A stretch of 32,000 nucleotides of DNA from Acaryochloris marina MBIC11017 (GTDB lineage: Bacteria; Cyanobacteriota; Cyanobacteriia; Thermosynechococcales; Thermosynechococcaceae), in NCBI RefSeq assembly GCF_000018105.1, contig NC_009925.1, forward strand, positions 420,001 through 452,000, given 5' to 3'. Both the position numbers and the translations under genes were made by a program. Shown here one piece after another: positions 24,729 through 32,000 of the stretch; position 1 is the stretch's first letter; each line of letters opens with the position of its first letter. The notes under the pieces are model-generated. The model saw only the letters and a list, made by a program, of their open reading frames with translations, did not search any database and was not told where the DNA came from.

Positions 24729-26123
24729 ATGGAATTACTGTCTACAGTTCGCTGCGATCTCGGATTACTGAATAAGTATGATCAACCCTTGCCGCGCTAT
24801 ACCAGCTATCCACCCGCCACAGAATTTAGCTCCGAATTGACCCCTGAGCGGTTCCAGCAAGCCCTGGCAAAGGGAAATGATCAGCAAATTCCCCTATCCC
24901 TTTATTGCCATATTCCTTTTTGCGAAACCCCTTGCTTTTTTTGTGGGTGCAATACGGTGATCACTCAGCGTAAACAGGTGGCCGATCCCTATCTGCAATA
25001 CCTGATCCGGAATATTCGGCAAGTGGCTGAACAAGTGGGAAGCGATCGCAACGTTCACCAACTCCACTGGGGGGGAGGAACGCCTAATTATTTAAGTTGG
25101 CCCCAAATTGAGCTGCTCTGGAATGCCTTGCAAGATGCCTTCTCTTTCGATCCGGCGGCAGAAATATCTATTGAGGTGAATCCCTGCTATATCGATCGCA
25201 ACACGGTATTTTTTCTGCGAGAGCTGGGGTTCAACCGGATTAGCTTTGGCATTCAAGATTTTGATCCGCAGGTTCAGATTGCTGTCAACCGGATTCAGTC
25301 TGAGGAACTGCTGTTTAACGTGATCAGCTGGATTCAAGAAGCGGACTTTGACAGTGTAAATGTGGACTTAATCTATGGCTTGCCCCATCAGACGGTGACG
25401 ACCTTTGCCAACACAGTACAAAAAACGATTCAGCTTAATCCTGACCGGATTGCTGTGTTCAACTTTGCTTATATGCCCCAGTTAATCCCCGTCCAGCGCC
25501 AATTGCCTGCCCATGCCCTTCCCCACAAAGCAGAAAAGCTAGAGATGTTGCAGCAGACCATCGACCAGCTGGAGGGCAATGGATATCGCTTTATTGGGAT
25601 GGATCATTTTGCTAAACCCAAGGATGAGTTGGCTTTAGCCCAAACAGCAGGACAGCTACACCGAAACTTTCAGGGATATACGACTAAACCGGAGTCGGAT
25701 TTACTGGGTTTTGGGCTCTCGGCCATCAGTATGCTCCAGGATGTTTATACCCAAAACCATAAACGCCTCAAGGATTATTACCATGCCTTAGACACCACCC
25801 CATTCCCCATTGCCAAAGGGGTGGGGTTAAGTGAGGATGATCAGGTGCGTCGAGCTGTGATTATGGAACTGATGTGCCAGTTTCAGCTGTCGCAGGTAGC
25901 GCTTGAAGAAAAGTACCAGTTGAAATTTGACCCAGATTTTGAGCAATATTTCGCATCTGAAAAGACTGCCCTGCAAGCGTTGGCAGCAGATGGTCTGGTG
26001 GAGTTATCTCCTAATCAGATTCAGGTGACACCCACTGGACGCTTACTGATTCGCAATATTGCAGCGGTATTCGATATCTATTTACAATCTCACGCTGATC
26101 AACGTTTCTCACAATCGATTTAG
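24729..26123 (+). CDS. hemN: Oxygen-independent coproporphyrinogen III oxidase (radical SAM)
   Basis: Motifs PRYTSYPPA, LSLYCHIPFCETPCFFCGCN (CX3CX2CXC), HWGGGTPN and ISFGIQDFD. 464 aa. Confidence 0.95.
   Translation: MELLSTVRCDLGLLNKYDQPLPRYTSYPPATEFSSELTPERFQQALAKGNDQQIPLSLYCHIPFCETPCFFCGCNTVITQRKQVADPYLQYLIRNIRQVAEQVGSDRNVHQLHWGGGTPNYLSWPQIELLWNALQDAFSFDPAAEISIEVNPCYIDRNTVFFLRELGFNRISFGIQDFDPQVQIAVNRIQSEELLFNVISWIQEADFDSVNVDLIYGLPHQTVTTFANTVQKTIQLNPDRIAVFNFAYMPQLIPVQRQLPAHALPHKAEKLEMLQQTIDQLEGNGYRFIGMDHFAKPKDELALAQTAGQLHRNFQGYTTKPESDLLGFGLSAISMLQDVYTQNHKRLKDYYHALDTTPFPIAKGVGLSEDDQVRRAVIMELMCQFQLSQVALEEKYQLKFDPDFEQYFASEKTALQALAADGLVELSPNQIQVTPTGRLLIRNIAAVFDIYLQSHADQRFSQSI
25042..25049. repeat. 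HIP1 octamer GCGATCGC
   Basis: Exact match read in the sequence. Confidence 0.95.
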
Positions 26124-26212
26124 CGAACTATACCGATTGGATTTCAGAGAGGCTGGTGCTTTCAGGAGACATGGCGCTAATATGAGCTGATCCAGCGTTT
26201 GGACCCTCATAA

Positions 26213-26755
26213 ATGGCATCTCAAGATTGGCAGGTTTGCGATCGCATCTTGGAATTGCGATCTAAATGGCTCACCCTGATCAGCGAACAATGGCAAACTG
26301 ACCAGGGACAACGACTCGAATATTGGCGGGTTGAAAAAGCAGATTCAGTCATTGTGTTGCCCTTGCTGAATCAGCAGCTGATTTTGGCATCGCCGATGTA
26401 TCGCCCAGGGGTGCACACTCAGACCCTAGATTTTCCTGGAGGACGGCTTGCTGAGGGGCAGTCGCCGAAGGATGCAGCGATGGTTATTCTCCAACGAGAG
26501 TTGGGAATTGATGCCCACGATTTAAGGTCTATCACGCCTGTGAATCACCAGGGATGGGCAATCAATAGTTCTTTCTCGAATCAATATCTCTATGGGGTTG
26601 TGGCTGAACTGCATCCCCAAACTCAGCTGGATCCTGAGTATGTGGGGGCCACTTATGATGTTTCCCGTGCAGGTCTGCAGTCGTTGCTAGATGTTCTGCT
26701 TTGCCTCCAATGTCGGGCTATTCACCTAGAGTGGTCCCTGTATCAGCCGATATAA
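26213..26755 (+). CDS. Nudix-fold (ADP-ribose pyrophosphatase-like) protein with a degenerate Nudix box
   Basis: The layout W..L.....YWRVEK.DSVIVLP....YRPGV...LDFPGGRL..GQSP..AA...LQRELGI resembles NudF. The box glutamates are mostly substituted. Confidence 0.55.
   Translation: MASQDWQVCDRILELRSKWLTLISEQWQTDQGQRLEYWRVEKADSVIVLPLLNQQLILASPMYRPGVHTQTLDFPGGRLAEGQSPKDAAMVILQRELGIDAHDLRSITPVNHQGWAINSSFSNQYLYGVVAELHPQTQLDPEYVGATYDVSRAGLQSLLDVLLCLQCRAIHLEWSLYQPI
26238..26245. repeat. HIP1 octamer GCGATCGC
   Basis: Exact match read in the sequence. Confidence 0.95.
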
Positions 26756-27138
26756 GAATCCATAAAAAACTGGAATAAACCATTGAATGCACTTGGATAG
26801 TTGGAAAGAATCAACTTAATGCAGGACACTATACTGACCTATGCCTTGCCCTCCTAAAATAGCTGCCATATAAATCATCTATTTCATCAAAAAAAATAAA
26901 ATTGTTAAATATGTGAGATTACACTTATTCCAAAAATATTTGAAAGATCTAATATGTAGAACTTTTGCATAATAGATAGATAGCGGCCTGTCAATAAATC
27001 TACCTATTTTGTGCTTGCAGCTTATTGAGATATCAATTTCAGCTGCCTCAACCTCACAAAAGATTGGAAAATCATAAGGTATAGGAATAGCTCAATGACT
27101 GTCCATTCGCATCTCTAGAGAAGGGCAAGGTTGAAGAT

Positions 27139-29445
27139 ATGACTGAAGACTTTGTAACCTCATCGCCTCAGCATTCACAGTCCTGGCAGCAAGCCATTCT
27201 AGATAGTGCCGATTTCGTTATTGTTTCAACAGATATTAATGGGTTAATTCAAACCCTAAATGCAGGAGCATTAAAACAATTTGGCTATTCACCTGAGGAA
27301 ATCATTGATAGAGTCACCCCAATCATCTTTCATGACCCAGAAGAAGTCGAGCAGCGGGCGCAAGTCCTCTCCCATGAGTTGGGCCATGCCATTGAACCAG
27401 GTATGGAGACCCTTATCGTCAAAGCACGTATGGGGATGGTCGATGAAAATATCTGGACCTTGATTCGCAAAGATCACAGTCGGTTCCCCGTTCGCTTATC
27501 TGTTACAGCACTTAGGAATGATTTAGGCCATTTAACAGGGTTTCTCGGGATTGGCAAAGATATTACTGCGCAACAAGCTGCTGAAGCCTCTCTAGTCGAA
27601 AGCGAAGCGCGATTCTCAGCCGCGTTTCAAAATGCTCCTATAGGCATGGCTTTAGTGTCTCCCAGTGGTCAGTGCCTAAGAGTGAATCATGCCCTAGCTC
27701 ATTTACTGGGATATCCCCAAACCAAACTGATGGATCTCATCCTCACTGAGATGATCCATCCCAAAGATCGATCCATAGAAGAAACGAACCGACTACGACT
27801 TGTTGCAAGAGAGATTGGCAACTACTGCTTAGAGCTACGCTGTCTTCATCAGCAGGGGCATGAGGTATGGGTTTTGATGAATGTATCTCTGGTCAATGGC
27901 CAAGAGGTTTACCCTCCCTACTGCATTGTCCAAGTACAAGATATTACCAGGCGCAAACAAGCAGAAGCACAACTCCAGCGCCTCAACGCCAATCTGGAGC
28001 AACTGGTTGAGGAACGGACTCGCCAACTCAAAGAAGCGATTGAAACCACTGAAATCGCCAATCAAGCCAAAAGCCGATTTATCGCCAATATGAGCCATGA
28101 GTTTCGCACGCCTCTCAACGGCATCATGGGTTTTAGTCAACTCTTGCTTCAAGATCGTCGCATTACGTCAGATCAGCAATCTAACCTCAATGTCATCCTT
28201 CGCAGTGGTGAGCACTTACTCTCGCTGGTCAACGAAGTCATTACCCTCTCCAAGATTGAAGCAGGAATGCTTGCCTATGAGTCCAAAGATGTCAATCTGC
28301 ACCATCTTTGTGAGGGGGTGGAAGACTTATTATCCCTACAGGCGAATTCCAAAGACATTCAGTTTCAAATTCATATCGCTCCTGACGTTCCCCAATACGT
28401 GAGAACAGATGCTAAAAAACTACGGCAAATCTTGATTAACTTACTGGGTAATGCCTTGAAGTTTACGAAACGAGGCAGTGTCGTGTGTCAGGTGCAGTGG
28501 CGGCCTTCGGCACCGGAGCGCTCTGCCCATGAATTACATTTCATCATTCAAGATACAGGTCCAGGGATTCCTGGGCATTTACTACCTCAACTTTTTGAAC
28601 CCTTTGCTCAAGACCCGTTGAATCGTGAGACATTTGGTGGCATTGGCTTGGGGCTAACCATTTGCCAAAGATTTATCCATCTGATGAAGGGGGACATTTC
28701 CATTGAGAGTGTTGAGGGGCAAGGAACAACCGTTAGTTTTTACATTCAAGTTGAATCAGGTGAGCCTGTTCTAGAACCAGCAATATCTGAGACAACCGTT
28801 GAGGGTCTTGCAGAGAATACTCCCTCCTATCGCGTTTTAGTCGTAGAAGATTATCCTGATAACCGCGAGATTTTGCTCATGATGCTTGAAGTAGTGGGGT
28901 TTGAGGTCAAAGAGGCTGTGAATGGCCAAGAGGCAGTGGACCTTAACCGAACATGGCAACCCCATTTAATTTGGATGGATTTACAGCTGCCTGTATTAAA
29001 TGGCCTGGAGGCTACTCAATTAATCAAATCCCAGAATCCAAATCCACCTGTCATCATTGCCATCACCGCCCAGGCGCTGGAATCTGACGAAGTGAAAGCG
29101 CTCAAAGCTGGGTGCGATGACTATCTTCGTAAACCCTATCAAGCCGCTCAAGTTTTTGAGAAAATGGCTCAACATTTAGATATCACCTATCGTTATAAAA
29201 CGTCCAATTCATCTCATACTTCAGCAGATCCGATTTCTCTCTCGGCAGATGAGTTAGCCAACATGCCCCCTTCCTGGATACAGCTTCTGTATGATGCTGC
29301 CATTATGTTGGATGAAGATATGCTTGATCTCTTGCTTAGAGACATTCCTGATGACCAGCACTCCCTTAAATCTTCTTTGGAGTATCTAATGGCCACTTAT
29401 CAATATGACGTCATTATGGAGAAGGCTCAAGCGGTTTTGAGATAG
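27139..29445 (+). CDS. Hybrid sensor histidine kinase / response regulator (PAS-PAS-HisKA-HATPase-REC plus a C-terminal ~85-aa tail)
   Basis: Two PAS modules (each ending ..GIGKDITAQ and ..[11 protein letters not shown]), a coiled coil, the H-box [18 protein letters not shown], the N/G boxes [19 protein letters not shown] and GGIGLGLTI, and a receiver domain [12 protein letters not shown]...IWMDLQLP...KPY. Confidence 0.9.
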   Translation: MTEDFVTSSPQHSQSWQQAILDSADFVIVSTDINGLIQTLNAGALKQFGYSPEEIIDRVTPIIFHDPEEVEQRAQVLSHELGHAIEPGMETLIVKARMGMVDENIWTLIRKDHSRFPVRLSVTALRNDLGHLTGFLGIGKDITAQQAAEASLVESEARFSAAFQNAPIGMALVSPSGQCLRVNHALAHLLGYPQTKLMDLILTEMIHPKDRSIEETNRLRLVAREIGNYCLELRCLHQQGHEVWVLMNVSLVNGQEVYPPYCIVQVQDITRRKQAEAQLQRLNANLEQLVEERTRQLKEAIETTEIANQAKSRFIANMSHEFRTPLNGIMGFSQLLLQDRRITSDQQSNLNVILRSGEHLLSLVNEVITLSKIEAGMLAYESKDVNLHHLCEGVEDLLSLQANSKDIQFQIHIAPDVPQYVRTDAKKLRQILINLLGNALKFTKRGSVVCQVQWRPSAPERSAHELHFIIQDTGPGIPGHLLPQLFEPFAQDPLNRETFGGIGLGLTICQRFIHLMKGDISIESVEGQGTTVSFYIQVESGEPVLEPAISETTVEGLAENTPSYRVLVVEDYPDNREILLMMLEVVGFEVKEAVNGQEAVDLNRTWQPHLIWMDLQLPVLNGLEATQLIKSQNPNPPVIIAITAQALESDEVKALKAGCDDYLRKPYQAAQVFEKMAQHLDITYRYKTSNSSHTSADPISLSADELANMPPSWIQLLYDAAIMLDEDMLDLLLRDIPDDQHSLKSSLEYLMATYQYDVIMEKAQAVLR

Positions 29446-30110
29446 TTAACGACGTGCCAACCTTTGGTCAGGGACTACGCGGGTCAACAAAATCTAACAA
29501 TGGGAAAATCTGTGAGCATTGCTGAGCTGTTCTGGGTGTCAGAATATAGAATGCACAGAATACCCAACACTCAGTGAACCCGAATATCCTAGCGGCCTGG
29601 TAAAACGTTGAGACTTTCCTCAATGTCCGTTTGAGACATAATTATGATGGATCTGCTTTTGGATATGGCATGAGATCCAGCCACAGCTCCAAAGAAGATT
29701 GCTGTTTGGATGCTGACGACAGCCACTTGCATCTGTAACCTACTTTTTGCAGGTGCAATAAACGCCAAATGAGGGCTTAAAAAGGGCTTGAATTACATTG
29801 AATAATCATCAAAATACTGATCAAAGCCAGAAAACGGCTTTTTTCGGTTTATTCGAATTTATCGTTATTGATAATTACAGTGAGTGAAATTTCAAGATCT
29901 GGTGGCTAACGAAGTATCAGCCTTTGAGGTTTCATGCATTTGTCAGGCGTTGTCAAGTTCTAGCATCACGCTGTCTGGTTTATTCCCAAAACGTTGAGTA
30001 CCTGATTGCTCTGTAAACATTGATCAACTGCTCATTGTCTTCAAGCCGATGGTGCTTTGAATTATCCTACCTGCAGCCAACTCACTATCAGCCTGTGTGC
30101 ATAACGCTCT

Positions 30111-30142
30111 TTATATAGCTAAATAGATATATGGCTATATAA
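30111..30142. promoter_or_regulatory. Perfect 9-14-9 inverted repeat TTATATAGC-N14-GCTATATAA upstream of the RND pump gene
   Basis: Read directly from the sequence. The half-sites resemble the TATATAG / TATATAAT halves of the 16-mer shared by 11585-11600 and 21262-21277. The right arm overlaps a TATAAT (30138-30143), 32 nt before ATG 30176. Confidence 0.4.
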
Positions 30143-30175
30143 TTTAATTAGACTGAATTGCGATTCCTCTTCGTT

Positions 30176-32000
30176 ATGGTCCACTCCTCTGTTGTTGCTC
30201 CGTCGCATAAATTGAGCCTTGTGGGTCGGATTACGGCTTACTTTATCAACTCTCAAGTGACGGTTTTGCTGATTGCTGCCCTTGTTCTGTTTGGAGTTGG
30301 GGCAGCCGTCTTCACCCCGCAAGAAGAAAATCCTCAAATTGTGGTTCCAGCGGCTGAGGTTATCCTGCCTTATCCCGGTGTTTCTGCGGAGGTGGTAGAG
30401 AATATGGTCACTAACCCCATAGAGGCTAAGTTGCGAGAACTCACAGGAGTGGAGCATCTCTATTCCGTCTCCCAAAACTCAGGGGCCAAAATTACTGTGC
30501 AGTATTTTGTGGGGGAAGACTGGGAAGATTCTCTCTTCAAACTGCAAAATCATCTCTACAATCATCAAGATCTACTGCCCCCAGAGGCGTCCTATCTCGT
30601 CAAACCAGTGATTATCGATGATGTTCCTATTGTGACCCTGACGTTGACAGGGAAAGGCTATACCGATAACCAGCTTCGTCGAGTGGGAGAGCGACTTCTC
30701 AATGATTTACGTAGTATTCCAGACACCGCCAATTTGACGATGGTGGGTGGGAAACCCCGTGCCATTCGGGTGGACTTGGACCCCGATAAACTGGCTAGTT
30801 ATCGCCTCTCCCCTGCTCAGATTAGTCAGCAACTCCAGGTGGAGAATGTCCAACTGCCCACGGGGGATGTATCTGTTGGAGAAACCCGCCTATTTTTAGA
30901 AGGGGGCAATCTGTTTCAGTCTGCCGCAGATGTGGGGGAGATTATGGTGGGCTTTGGCACTGCCACGGATCAGGGCCATCCCCGTCCCATTTACCTCAAA
31001 GATGTGGCGGCGGTCGTGGATGATTTTGGCGATCTCACCACGGTATCGCGAATTCATTATCGACCAGACTGGGATATTGCCAATCCCTATCCAGACCCCA
31101 GCAGTCAGGCTCAAGGGGAATTTATCACCCAGCCTGCGATGACGATTGGAATCGCTAAGAAAAAAGGCACGAATGCGGTTACCGTTGCCCAGCAGATTTT
31201 TGATCGAGTGGATGATCTCCAATCCCAACTGCCACCGGGGGTGCAAATTGCCGTTACCCGGAATGATGGTCAGACCGCTGCCAGGGCCGTCGGCGATCTC
31301 TACCAAAGTTTGCTGATCGCCATTGCCACTGTCGTGGGGCTACTTGTGATGTTCCTGGGGTGGCGGGAAGCTGCCATTGTCGCCTTTGTGATTCCCCTGA
31401 CCTTAGCGGGGACACTAGCCGTAGGCTGGTTAGCGGGACAGACGATTAATCGTATTACCCTGTTTGCCCTGATCTTGGCCTTGGGGACGTTGGTGGATGA
31501 TGCGATCGCAGTTACCGAGAATATTCACCGCCACTTTGAATCTGTGCTGCCATCTGACCGACGGCAGAAAACGGCTGCCGCCATTAGCGCTGTTAATGAA
31601 CTGGGCACCCCGATCCTGTTATCGACAATCACCGTTATATTGGCCTTCTTACCGATGAGATTTGTGACGGGAATGATGGGACCATATATGGGACCGATTC
31701 CCTTTAATGTGCCGGTGGCGATGCTGATTAGCACAACCCTAGCCGTAACGGTGACGCCTTTTTTAGCCCTACGTTTAATTCAGCTACAGCCCCACTCAAA
31801 GACATTGCCCAGTATTCAACAGACCCGCATTTATCGCGGCTATCGCTGGGTGATGGCTCCCCTCCTTGACTCCGCGTCCCGACGACGATTTGTATTGCTG
31901 GGGGTGACGGGATTACTCTTAGCAACAATGATCTTACCCCTGACTCAGGCGGTGCGGTTTCGGATGCTGCCGAAAGCCGATAAAGATACCTTCCTGGTGC
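30176..32000 (+). CDS. RND efflux transporter permease (AcrB/CzcA superfamily), 3'-truncated by the window edge
   Basis: Not in the ORF track because no stop is reached. My manual translation from ATG 30176 is open for 608 codons: MVHSSVVAPSHKLSLVGRITAYFINSQVTVLLIAALVLFGVGAAVFTPQEENPQIVVP..., then a periplasmic porter region, then the TM cluster WREAAIVAFVIPLTLAG...INRITLFALILALGTLVDDAIAVTENI...ELGTPILLSTITVILAFLPM. Confidence 0.9.
   Translation, partial: MVHSSVVAPSHKLSLVGRITAYFINSQVTVLLIAALVLFGVGAAVFTPQEENPQIVVPAAEVILPYPGVSAEVVENMVTNPIEAKLRELTGVEHLYSVSQNSGAKITVQYFVGEDWEDSLFKLQNHLYNHQDLLPPEASYLVKPVIIDDVPIVTLTLTGKGYTDNQLRRVGERLLNDLRSIPDTANLTMVGGKPRAIRVDLDPDKLASYRLSPAQISQQLQVENVQLPTGDVSVGETRLFLEGGNLFQSAADVGEIMVGFGTATDQGHPRPIYLKDVAAVVDDFGDLTTVSRIHYRPDWDIANPYPDPSSQAQGEFITQPAMTIGIAKKKGTNAVTVAQQIFDRVDDLQSQLPPGVQIAVTRNDGQTAARAVGDLYQSLLIAIATVVGLLVMFLGWREAAIVAFVIPLTLAGTLAVGWLAGQTINRITLFALILALGTLVDDAIAVTENIHRHFESVLPSDRRQKTAAAISAVNELGTPILLSTITVILAFLPMRFVTGMMGPYMGPIPFNVPVAMLISTTLAVTVTPFLALRLIQLQPHSKTLPSIQQTRIYRGYRWVMAPLLDSASRRRFVLLGVTGLLLATMILPLTQAVRFRMLPKADKDTFLV
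31502..31509. repeat. HIP1 octamer GCGATCGC
   Basis: Exact match read in the sequence. Confidence 0.95.

Noticed and set aside
14903-30175. The 15-kb block between the MFP gene and the RND gene could be a single insertion that split an MFP-RND operon.
   Set aside because: I could find no direct repeats, att-like sites or integrase at the borders. The RND gene has its own 730-nt upstream region with a promoter-like element. The faint similarity between the small ORF at 14917 (PSHRILVG) and the RND N-terminus (PSHKLSLVG) is too short to count as evidence.
1-32000. tRNA, rRNA and CRISPR arrays.
   Set aside because: I saw no cloverleaf-like T-loop/anticodon arrangements, no rRNA-like conserved stretches, and no regularly spaced direct repeats when reading both strands.

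Overview
This is a cyanobacterial chromosomal segment: it carries 12 copies of the HIP1 octamer GCGATCGC plus psbA, petC-like and acsF genes. Almost all of its gene content relates to life without oxygen or with sulfide.

Gene content in order:
(1) 1-7740 (+): a tightly packed fermentation operon, adhE - phosphoketolase - atypical pyruvate-kinase-like gene - ackA.
(2) 11535-8652 (-): an operon of a DUF2892 membrane protein, a PetC-type Rieske::DUF442 fusion, a rhodanese, and a D1 (psbA) paralog lacking three Mn4CaO5 ligands (rogue type). It is transcribed divergently from a type-I sulfide:quinone oxidoreductase (12067-13377).
(3) 13556-19277 (+): an RND adaptor with no pump, a secreted protein, an SCP2 protein, an orphan NrdG-like radical-SAM activase, an NMO/FabK-like flavoprotein, and a TrxR-like flavoprotein without NADPH motifs.
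(4) 19414-21101: an IS scar zone. It holds an IstB remnant and an ankyrin gene whose 3' end is interrupted by an intact IS5/IS1031-type element with a TCA target duplication.
(5) 21313-22494: an ArsR-family regulator and a pentapeptide-repeat gene.
(6) 22514-26123: the low-oxygen tetrapyrrole set, acsF divergent from heme oxygenase-hemN.
(7) 26213-32000: a Nudix-like protein, a PAS-PAS hybrid histidine kinase, and the 5' part of an RND pump that the ORF track misses because it runs off the window.

The best candidate for a new system is the sqr-divergent operon. It physically couples a non-water-oxidising D1, a dedicated b6f-type Rieske fused to a sulfurtransferase-like domain, and a rhodanese. 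An exact 16-mer promoter/operator-like motif is shared between this operon and the arsR promoter, and related sites lie upstream of sqr and the RND pump.

No tRNA, rRNA or CRISPR array was seen. All homology calls come from reading the translations and from motifs recalled from memory. No searches were run.
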